Positions 37,168-48,900 of a stretch of DNA of 64,000 nt are shown one piece after another. Under the pieces are notes generated by a model that made no database searches, was not told the origin of the DNA, and saw only the letters and a list, made by a program, of their open reading frames with translations. Source of the DNA: Octopus bimaculoides. Taxonomy: Eukaryota. The stretch spans positions 23,810,775 through 23,874,774 of the forward strand of contig NC_068991.1 in NCBI RefSeq assembly GCF_001194135.2, in the 5' to 3' direction. Made by a program: the position numbers and the translations under genes. Position 1 is the stretch's first letter. Each line of letters starts with the position of its first letter.

Positions 37168-38575
37168 TAGAGTGCTTGGTAAGGTCATAAAACAAACATT
37201 TAGGCTCTAAAGTAGCCATGTTTATAGAATCCCAGTTTGGTGTCTTTGTTTCTTTTTCAATTTGGTTGTGTTTTGCTGGGTCATACTGCATTAGTTGAAG
37301 ACTATTCATATAGGATTCTGGCAGATTTTGCATGATTTCTCATATTTCATCCTGTTGGAAAGTGATTTCTAGATTATGTGATTTGTGTTCAACAAGCTGT
37401 TGCCAAATGCTGTTAGAATCCAAGCTGTTGATGAGGACTTCTCTAATACCATAATTCTTATATCCTTTGATTGTTTGAGATTGAAAGTTGTAGCCTTGGC
37501 TTAGAAGTTTGACACTCAGTAATTATTGATTTAAACTTTCACCGAGAACTTGTTTCTAATTTGCTGGTAAATATCTTGAGACAATTTCATTTTTCAGCTT
37601 GGCATATTCTGAAGTGTATCAGCAGTGGCTTCAGATATATCATTGAAAACAACTAGCAAGATGTAATTAGTGCATCCAGTTTGTTATTGTGGTGGTTTCC
37701 AATAGTTGATAAAATGTAAGCAAAAGTCTTGTACAAATGTTGCTATTGAGATCTGCATTGCTGGCATTAAAATCATAGCTGAAATTATCCAGTCTCAGAA
37801 TTTTGTTCATCATTTAACATCTGTTTTCCATGCTGGCATGGGTTGGATAGTTTAACAAGAGCTGCACCAGGTTACATAGTCTGTTTTGGCTTAGTTTCTA
37901 CAGTGGGACGCCCTTCCTAATGCCAGCCACTTTACAGAGTGTACTGGGTACTTTTTATGTGGCACCATCACCAGTGCTTTTTTGGATTTAGGGGATGAAA
38001 TATGGATGGAGGAAGACGGTTGACAGAGCAGAGCACACCATGGGCAAGCATGACTAAGGTGGTCTCCTTTCAACACTCATCAACTGACCTTCCCATTCAC
38101 CCCTTCCAATCCAATAGACCACCTATGTTCACCTTCCTGTAACTTGCTGGCACTTTATCACCATCCTCTTTCCTTTTCCAAGTGGGGGAGCCATGTATCT
38201 CCTCTACTGCACGACACCTGTTTCTGCCTCTATCATACTTTAACCTCTCATCATCTGGGATAGAGCCACCTTGCTCAATACAACACCCCCTCAGATGACG
38301 GATCTTGCCTTGCAAGTCACTGGTGACCTCAGTTGTTCTGGTACTGTGAAATGTTTGATGTTGGGAAGGGCACCGCTGTAGAACCCATGCCAAATCAGAC
38401 ATTGGAGCTTGGCACAGTTCTCTGGCTCATCAGTTCCTTTCAAACTGTCCAACCCATGCCAGCATGGAAAACAATGATGATGATCTTTAAATGTTACAGC
38501 ATGCTAAACTAGAGTTCAGGATGTATGGACTTGATCGTCTGCAGGCTTTGCTATCCAAATCTTTTTATGTATGAA

Positions 38576-38901
38576 GGCACATGACTCAGTGGTTAGAGTG
38601 TTTGGCTCACAATCATGAGGTAGTGAGTTTGATTTCCAGACCAGACTCTGTGTTGTGTTCATGAGCAAGACACTATATTTTATGTTGCTCCAGTTCATTC
38701 GGCTGTAGAAATGAGTTGTGATGTCACTGGTGCCAAGCTGTATCGGCCTATGCCTTTCCTTTGGAGAACATCAGTGGTGTGGAGAGGGGAGGCTGGTATG
38801 CATGGGCAACTGCTGGTCTTCCATAAACGACCTTGTCCAGACTTGTGCCTTGGAGGGGAACTTTGAAGGTGAAATCCCATGGTCATTCATGACCAAAGGG
38901 G
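38576..38901 (+). mobile_element. tRNA-derived SINE, head related to family C
   Basis: GGCACATGACTCAGTGGTTAGAG..GTTTGATTTCC..GAGCAAGACACT core with a different 3' body. Confidence 0.65.
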
Positions 38902-39164
38902 TTTTTATACATACCCTTGTTGCAGTACACATTTGCTAGCTTTCTCACAAAGGGGCCTAATGCTCTTAGCTTAGACTTTTTTTGGGGCAACCAGATTGAA
39001 CCATCTCAAGTGTAACTGCCCGAAATGATTGTGACTTCTGGAACTTGACCGATGAAAGAAAGCCAAGAATGTTCCGTATTTTTTTGCCTGTCCTTTCTTT
39101 TGTTGTTTCTCTTGTCCACCTATCTGCCCGAATGTTTTAATGCCCTCTATTGCATTTTTGTTCC

Positions 39165-39213
<49 letters not shown>

Positions 39214-39741
39214 NNNNNNNNNNNNNNNNNNNNNNNNNNNNNNNNNNNNNNNNNNNNNNNNNNNNNNNNNNNNNNNNNNNNNNNNNNNNNNNNNNNNNNN
39301 NNNNNNNNNNNNNNNNNNNNNNNNNNNNNNNNNNNNNNNNNNNNNNNNNNNNNNNNNNNNNNNNNNNNNNNNNNNNNNNNNNNNNNNNNNNNNNNNNNNN
39401 NNNNNNNNNNNNNNNNNNNNNNNNNNNNNNNNNNNNNNNNNNNNNNNNNNNNNNNNNNNNNNNNNNNNNNNNNNNNNNNNNNNNNNNNNNNNNNNNNNNN
39501 NNNNNNNNNNNNNNNNNNNNNNNNNNNNNNNNNNNNNNNNNNNNNNNNNNNNNNNNNNNNNNNNNNNNNNNNNNNNNNNNNNNNNNNNNNNNNNNNTATA
39601 CAAGGATTAGTCATTTTTACATACTCCATCTTTTCTATTGTAGTCCTTGACTCACCACTCTCCAAAACTAAATTTGTTTAATATATTCAACTACAATGAA
39701 TTTTCTCAGTTTATTTTCTGGCCACACACACACACACACAC

Positions 39742-39870
39742 ATATATTTGAAAAAATGAAAAAAAAGGCTTTTCTGATAATTTTTCCACTCAACTATTCT
39801 TATAAACATCTAATTACTAAAGTGGAAAAATTACCAGAAAAGCCATTTGTATTCACTTTTTCAAATATAT
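39742..39870. repeat. About 50-bp inverted repeat with a 30-nt spacer
   Basis: 39742-39790 pairs with 39821-39870. Confidence 0.8.
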
Positions 39871-40592
39871 AATACTTTACTAAGGATTTTCTATGTCTTA
39901 TTCTACTTTAAATATATATATACACACACACACACACTCTATTTACAGGAGAAAGTGCTGAGCACATCACTTTTTTCACAGTCTTCACAAAACTGGTTGG
40001 AAGTTTGCAGGGGTTAAAATAATTTTTAAAAAAGGGGTGGTGTCTGTTTGCAAAATCTATTTTGTGAGAATCGTAAATTTAGCTAAGATCATATGAGATG
40101 AGGTTTGTTAAGTTTCATGAGACAAGAAAACTGACAATTCAAAGTCAAGCCCTTGACATGAATATTGTATACACTTGATACAAAAGGTGGAGAGGAAGAG
40201 GTGGTGGTAGTGGTGAAATTAATGAAAGAAAAAGAAAAGGGTGTGACCATGTATTGACAGAGAGTTGAGTAGTAAATACAGATAAAATATTTCTCAGCTT
40301 TGTCAGTGATTATTTAAAACTTTGTAAGTGGCAAGAGTAAAACAGGTTTTATATATATATATATCCTTTAGTTATTTCAGTCACTAGACTGTGGTTATGC
40401 TAGGGCACAGCCTTGGAGAATTTTTAGTTGAATGAATTAACCCCAATACTTAAGCTTGGTACTTATTCTATTGGTCTCTTTTGCCAAAGTTATGGGGATG
40501 TAGACACACCAACACCGGTGGGCAAGTAGTGGTGGGGACAAACACTGATACAAATTCCACCTCCAACCCATGTATATATATATACATGTGTG

Positions 40593-40672
<80 letters not shown>

Positions 40673-41474
40673 NNNNNNNNNNNNNNNNNNNNNNNNNNNN
40701 NNNNNNNNNNNNNNNNNNNNNNNNNNNNNNNNNNNNNNNNNNNNNNNNNNNNNNNNNNNNNNNNNNNNNNNNNNNNNNNNNNNNNNNNNNNNNNNNNNNN
40801 NNNNNNNNNNNNNNNNNNNNNNNNNNNNNNNNNNNNNNNNNNNNNNNNNNNNNNNNNNNNNNNNNNNNNNNNNNNNNNNNNNNNNNNNNNNNNNNNNNNN
40901 NNNNNNNNNNNNNNNNNNNNNNNNNNNNNNNNNNNNNNNNNNNNNNNNNNNNNNNNNNNNNNNNNNNNNNNNNNNNNNNNNNNNNNNNNNNNNNNNNNNN
41001 NNNNNNNNNNNNNNNNNNNNNNNNNNNNNNNNNNNNNNNNNNNNNNNNNNNNNNNNNNNNNNNNNNNNNNNNNNNNNNNNNNNNNNNNNNNNNNNNNNNN
41101 NNNNNNNNNNNNNNNNNNNNNNNNNNNNNNNNNNNNNNNNNNNNNNNNNNNNNNNNNNNNNNNNNNNNNNNNNNNNNNNNNNNNNNNNNNNNNNNNNNNN
41201 NNNNNNNNNNNNNNNNNNNNNNNNNNNNNNNNNNNNNNNNNNNNNNNNNNNNNNNNNNNNNNNNNNNNNNNNNNNNNNNNNNNNNNNNNNNNNNNNNNNN
41301 NNNNNNNNNNNNNNNNNNNNNNNNNNNNNNNNNNNNNNNNNNNNNNNNNNNNNNNNNNNNNNNNNNNNNNNNNNNNNNNNNNNNNNNNNNNNNNNNNNNN
41401 NNNNNNNNNNNNNNNNNNNNTTTTTTTGTTTTTTTGTTATTGTTTTTTTGAACTATATATATATATATATATAT

Positions 41475-42300
41475 GGAGTGCAGTGAATAAACTGTTGTCT
41501 AAATTATGCAAAAATGAACATAACACTGACATCTCATTTTAACAGATATATTTACCAAAATTACATAAAAATATCTTGAAATACTAAAGAGTAAATTTAT
41601 TCAATAAAATTGCCAATGGCTTCAACCATGGCCTCCAGATAACTTTGGAATCTCCTGTAACTCTTCTGGATGGTCTCCTTGTTTAAGTTGGTAAATGTTG
41701 CCATAATCCTTGCCTTCAGTTCATCTTTGGTGTTACAAGGAGTTTTGTTGTTCTCTTGCTCAGCTGCACCCCACACATAATAATCAAGGGAGTTGCCGTC
41801 TGGGGAGTTAGGTGGCCAGATGTTAGGGGTGATATGGTCACAGAAATTGTCTGGCAGCCATGACTAGGTGCTCCTGCTTGTGTGGCATGGTGCAGAGTCC
41901 TGTTACCAGACATAGAGTCATCCAGCAGCCGCAGTTTTGACCCAGGGCATCACGTTCTCCTCCAGGCACTTGTTGTAGGCCTCTCTGCTGAGTGTGAGGC
42001 CGTGTGGGAAGATGAATGGAGGCATAATGTTGCAATCACAAGTGATCACTTCAAACACCATGATGTCAACTGGATGTTTGATTTTTATCACTCTTGGTAC
42101 ATGTTTTGGGGACACGGCAAGCCAATGGTTGTTCTGTATGTTCACCATCTGTTTGTATTGGAGATTCCGGTGGGAATGCCAAGCAGTACAGCATGTCATT
42201 TCCCAATTTCTGGCTGAGTGAATTGCGTCATGGTGCTGTTTTTCTCACAAACAGTGTGCCACTGACCCTACCACACTGTGTAGTCGACAAAGATCAAAAA
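41475..42300 (-). mobile_element. maT (DD37D) transposase fragment
   Basis: NNHWLAVSP..K.KHPVDIMVF..MPPFIFP..QDSAPCHTS..IWPPNSPDGNSLDYYVWG. D2 at 41897-41899 and D3 at 41783-41785 are 37 codons apart. Boundaries approximate. Confidence 0.85.
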
Positions 42301-42807
42301 CAAACAATGCACGAAATAAAGAATATAATTATATACACCTACTTGTTGTTCATACACCTGTCTTCGTCTTTTGCTTTACTACTATATATGTGTGTATGTG
42401 TTTGTGTGTGTATTCGTGTGTCTGTGTTTGCCCTCCACCATCTCTTGACAACCGATGTTGGTGTGTTTACGTCCCCGCAACTTAGCGGTTTGGCAATAGT
42501 AACTGAAAGAATAAGTACAAGGTTTACAAAGAATAGGTCCTGGGGTCGATTTGTTCGACTAAATGAGGTGCTCCAGCATGGCCGCAGTCAAATGACTGAA
42601 ACAAGTAAAAGAATGTATGTATGTATGTGCGTCCGCGCGAGTAAATTGTTAAGAAGCCAGTGAGACGTAAAATACGTGTAAAGGTATTTAAAAGATTTTG
42701 TATTAAGTACAGTAGAGTACATCCTCCCCCGCCTCGTATTCGTCCCCTCCCCTCCTAGGTCATTCACGTCTAAAAGGGGGAGCTAACTCTGTTAGAATCT
42801 CAGCAAC

Positions 42808-42905
42808 ATGGCGGGTGGTGGGATTAGTACTGCGTTTGATACTTTCTTCAGTTCTTGGTTCCCAATTATATTTGCCCTTATTGGCGGTTTTGCATTCGCT
42901 TTCAG
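42808..42905 (+). CDS. RDH-like exon 1 (signal anchor)
   Basis: [32 protein letters not shown](R)|gtaatt; phase 2 matches exon 2. Confidence 0.85.
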
Positions 42906-45900
42906 GTAATTTAACTATACTTTACCAGCGAAGTTTCTGAATAGCTGTCACTATCTTACGGGGAAGGAATTGGATGAGTTTCCCCCTCCCCACCATCTTT
43001 TTTTCAATATTTCTATGTTTCAGGCAACAAAAAATTACGATTCTTAAAGGAATTTTTTCCCAAATTTCAATTTTTAAAATACTTTAGACTTCCAATTCTG
43101 GCCCATTTCCTTTCCTATAAGGTATTGATAGCTATTCTCAAACCATTTTTATATTAGAATATCCGTCACCTGTCTAAATTAAGTACTATTATTTGAGTTC
43201 TGTAAAAGTTAGATTCTAATGTTTCTGATTTCACGTTAACATGAATTTGTTTACATTATTTTTTTTCAATTGAAAATTGAATTATTTCATGAGTTTTTCT
43301 TTACAGAATTTGCCTTTCTTTCAACAATACTATTTCTGTTCCCACTCGAACCTTTTTAACACGCTAACATTCTACACAAAGTCTTCTCTGGAATAGATAA
43401 AATTTGATTTGTTTTATATGGCCATTTATGTCTTGTTTTACTTAATATTCTGTATTTTTAGTTTGATAAGAATATCAATATGTTGTGCCCTAAAATGCTG
43501 AAGTTCCTCTTTCGAGTCTAACTAAATACTATATATTCCAAAGAGGTATAGTATTTACACTTATTAACCTGTAAAAAATAGCCAAATCGCCTTAACTGGT
43601 ACCCTACTGTCTAAAAGAGAAAAATTCACAACATTTTGGATTAACTTCAAATATTTAAAAATAAACTTGGACTCACTCATCACAACACAAAAGAAAAAAA
43701 TGCTGATATATTACATTTTTTGTGTGTCTGTGAGTGAAAATAGTGATCAGTCCGTTTCCGAACAGAAATTTAAGAGATTATCTTGAAAACAAATGTAGAA
43801 TAAAAACGAACGTTTAAAAATCAAAAACAGATATTTGAAAAGAAGGATTAACGGTGAGATTGAAAAATTATTGATACGAGAAAACCTGGAATATAATTAG
43901 TAAAAGTTTCTCTTTTCGAGATTTTATGAAAACGTGAAGTGTCTGTTTTGTACAAATGGAAAATTTAACTCATTTGGCAAGTTTTAGTTTTGGCGATCGA
44001 GTTTCATATTAATTTTTGTGAGTTAGCAGCTGTTTTTACTTCGGTGGCCGGCGATTTTTTATTTAACTACTTTGGCTTAACTTGTAGTAAAAAGTTGCTA
44101 CATAATTAATGATCGGCAGAGAACTTGTGTTTTTAGTCAAACTGAAATATAAAAATTGGCCAGACTAAAAGCTAAAAGGTCGTGAAAAAATACCAGTAAG
44201 AGGGTAAAATAATGAACGGAAAGTCCCCAAATCAAGTATCAAGCTTCTACAAGTTTAATTGGAAGCCACCAAACAGAATAGTACTAAATGATGCTTGACA
44301 AAGAGAAATTGAAGAACTAAACTCCAGGATCACCTTACTTTCCAACAGAGGGTGTAAACCAGTTGAGAAGTATCTCCACATGGTCACTTGATTTGCCAGA
44401 AATAGCAGTCAAATCCTTAAATTACTCATCATATTATCAATTTCTGAAAAAGGTGTGACATATTCAGTAATGTCGTCTTAAATTTGCTATTGCTGGAAAC
44501 AGGTTGAGCTCATAGCTGGAAATCTTTAACCATAGGCAAAACTGACTAAAGGTACCTACTGCTAATTCAAGCTGTTGCTTAGGGCATCATCTCATGCATT
44601 TAGAGTCTTCCAAGTACAAAGATATTAAATTTTAGGATATTTTCTCAGTGGAATACTATACAATTTGCTTTGAAAACATTTGCAGATCTCGAGTTAAGAA
44701 AATGGTTTAGTTAGGATAATATAGGTTTTATAGCATGTTCTTTTGTTCATCATCATTTTTTAATGTCCACTTTTCCATGCTTGCATAGGTCAGACACAAT
44801 TTATTGTGGCAGATTTTCTGTAGCTATATGCCCTTCCTGTTGCCAACCTTTATCTGTTTTCAAGCAAGGTAATATTTCCCCATAGCCAGATATATTATCC
44901 ATGGAAGACTGGAAACGAACATTTCCTGTACAATGGTGAATCTCATTTACAATCATCACATGATGTACATCACATGATGTCAAGGTGGACAGCAATTCTA
45001 CATGGTGGTGAGATGTGGGCCCTGAATGCAGGGGATATGCGAAAGCTAGAGAAGAATGGGGCTAGTATGCTCTGCTGAATGTGAAATGTAAGTGCTCACA
45101 TTCGACAAAATGCTAGTGTATTTAGAAAGAAGCTAGACCACCCAACCCATGCCAGCATGGACAACAGTTGTTAAATGATGATTGTGTGTATGTGTGTGTG
45201 TGTGTTTTTTTGCATATATACAATAGGCTTCTTTCAGTTTCTGTCTACCATTTCCACAAAAAAAAAAAAGCTTTGGTTGATACATGGATATATTAGAAGA
45301 CACTTGCCCAAAATGCTACACAATAGGACTGAACCCAAGACCACATGGTTGAGAAGCAAGCTTCTTAACTACACAATCATGCCTATCTGGTTAATTTGTT
45401 ACATCTGTGAGAGATCAACAATGTCCTTTACACTGTCACTTACCCGCCTATCATCAGTGTTTGTGACAAGACTGTGCCAGTGAGGTAACCTCTATGTAGC
45501 TGCTTGACTACTAGAAATAGCAGCTAAATTACTATCAAATCACACTCTCCATGTTAAAAAATGAGATGGACACTTTAGATACTTTGTTGGTTTTACACCA
45601 GACTGAAACTTTAAATTCAAACCTAAGATATGGCTACCTCGACACTCATGTTACACTCTGAGGTGGTAAAGTTCTATGTGGTAGTCTGACTTGATAGAAA
45701 TTGCAAACAGTCATACTTTGTCATCTTACAAAAAGGATAGAAACATTGGATAATGTAGACCTAGAGATATAATGTTTGAAAAAAAGATATAAAATGTCAC
45801 AGCTGGAATTAATGATCAAGCAACAACCATAGGATGCTCCCCACCTCCCAATGCTCACAGTGTAGCTGTGTTTGCTATTTTACCCCTTCTTTTTATTTAC

Positions 45901-48900
45901 ACAATTAGCAATTTTGATTATTTCTTCAATTCTGTTTTCACAGTTAAATGCATGAGTAGGTTCACTACTTATTGTTCTGAGATAATACATTTTAAACTTA
46001 GTTCCTAATTTTAATCAAAATATTCAGTGAAAGATATAAAGGGAGGATACGGGGAGATGGCAATATGGAGTTTGGAAGATGAGATAGTGTGGAGGTGATA
46101 GGAAGTGGAAAAGAAGCTGGTACATTTTGTTGTTATATTGGGTGGTTAGCAGTTGAATATATAGGATTAAATAACTTCTGTATTTACTTGTGTTTATGTA
46201 AGAAATTTAATACAAAACATCAGGATTATACCTGAGTATAAATAAGGAAAAATATATATATACTTTGGTGTAAACAAGGATAAGGAAAAAAAAATGTAAT
46301 TGACATTTAGGCACAAAAAATGAAAGAGGTTGTGTTATATTTGAAATTGCATTGTATTTCAGTAGTTATATTTGGTGCAATCTAGAGACTCACTACTCTA
46401 GATACACCATATTTAACTTCTTGTGGATTATACTGTTTCTGTCTCATGGATCATACCGTGATTTTGTCTAATTGTGGGCCATACTGAGTTTCTGACTAGT
46501 TGAGGGCTATATTGTTTTTCTAGTCATAGGCTACACTATGTTTCTTTTTAGTTGAGGATCATACTGTTTTTTTTTATCTAGTTGTGAGCTATACTACGTT
46601 TCTGTTTAGTTGAGAATATGTTTTTTTTTCTCTGTGGGCCATACTGTATTTCTGTCTAGTTGTGGATCATACTATTTTGTTTTAATAAACTAACTTATAG
46701 GTATGGTGTATTCTATTAAATAAACTAGTATTGTTTTAATAAACTAGTTCCTGTGTAATAGGAATGTTGCAGATATTATATTCTGCTGTACACCACATCA
46801 CCTGAGAACCCTCCCACCCCAATATATCTATTTCTCAGTAGGCATCTATTCTAGGTCCCATCCACCACAGACCCACACTAGCCATGAAGTTCTCCTCTCC
46901 CTGCCATGGGTATTTTTTGTTCTGACATCATCCTTTGGTTTAGGTTCTCTCTTATGGTAAAGTACCCAGTGTACTCTGTAAAGTGGTCAACATTAGGAAG
47001 AGCATCCAACTTGTTGGATCTTGTCAAACTGCCCAACCTATGCCAGTATGGAAAAAAGACATTAAATGATTATAATGATGATGATGAATTTTGTAATGTT
47101 TGATTTATTATTTTTTCTTGTCAGGCAATATTTACGGGGAACACCTTATCAGAGCAAAAAACAACTGAAAAAAGAGACTGTACTAGTGACAGGGGCAACT
47201 TCAGGAATGGGTCAAGCTGCTGCTTCTGATTTTGCTTCAAGAGGTAAGAAGTTGGTTTTTTAATAGAGAAAATCTGTGATTAAAAAGACAAGATTTTGTT
47301 TCTCTATGATGGTTACATTTCCCTTTTATAACATTATTTAACCTATTTTAACAAACTTCCTTTTCTGTTCTGTATGAATTTTTTTATTTGTATGCATTGC
47401 ATTTCATGGTGGTCACAATATCTGATTAGCTATGAGTTAAGAGGAACTTTTATAGCCCATTCAACATGTATATATTTTAATTTTTATAGTATAACACTAT
47501 ACTTTATCTATGAAATTTGAATTTTATATTTTGAAAAGAATAAACAATATTTGTCTAAGTGTCTGTCTGTCTACATGCTGGTTTATCTCTCTGCTTGTTG
47601 TATGCACAGAGAAATAGACCAAATGTTATCACACCTACAAACAGCCAGACACATCTCCAACTTATACTGGAATATAGAATTAATGAAAAATTAAATCAGG
47701 AAACAATATTTATCTTCATTTAAAATATCTACAGTTTCTTTGAGAAGCTTTTTACTCTTTGAAATCATCAATGATTTAGATTATCCCTTTTCAAATCCTT
47801 TTGAAAAAATAATCAATATTTTAGGAGGATTTAGTAATATAGCCTATTTTGTCATTAATACTTGATAATAAATGTATTTTAAATGTTCAGGATTGAAAGT
47901 ATTGTTCGTAGATTTTACAATGATTGTATATTTGCATCTAAAAATGTGACATGTAGATTGAACCCATGTCTAAACACATTCTCCAATTCTCTGTTTATAA
48001 TTCACAATATAGCACGTGCACGCATCTATGTGGGTGTGTATATTCATACACACTCTGTAGGGGTAGTTTTATATCAATTTGATGCCAGTTTAGTTTTCTT
48101 TACTTGTAGCAGTTTCACTTTGAGCAAAATATCCTTTTCACCCCAAATCCATCTATTACGCTTTTGTCCAAACCAGGGTGGGTGATGTTACACCTAACAG
48201 CTGATGACATGATGCATTGCTTGCAACTGATGTATATTTCCAGGAAGCCTTTTAATCATTTCCTGGAATTTTCCATTTGTGGTACTTCTCTCACTTGAAA
48301 AAATTCTGACCTTGGAGGTTTTTGGATTAAAAAATTTCTAAATAAAGGATTGCCAACTATATTAAGGTAGTTGTTTTTCCATAAAATATTCTCACAAAAA
48401 AATTATGATGGAAGGTTATAATTTAAATTTAAATATTTCAAAATACACATTTTTAGAATCAGGTTGATATCAGAAGTGTTTGATGAAGCTTCATCTTTCC
48501 TTTGTGCACATGCCTTTCGATCTGATTATTATATCTCTTGTTTGTTATTGTTTAATTTTATTCTGACATTATTCTGTTTCTAGGAGCTCGTGTCGTAATG
48601 GCATGTCGGGATATTGAAGCTGGCCAAAAAGTTGCTAAGGAAATCCAGAAAAAGACAAATAATACTAACGTGACAGCTTTACATTGTGATTTAAGCTCCC
48701 TTGATTCTGTTCGGAAGTTTGTTGAAGAATTTAAAAAATGTAACATTTTACTTTGCTTATTTTTCAACTTAGAAAATACAAAAAGATATTTCAATGAATT
48801 GTAGCATATATACTGTATAATGTCAATATATGTTTATGTAATATATGCGCACAGACCTTGCATATATATTTATATGAATGTATCTGGGTATATCTATGCA

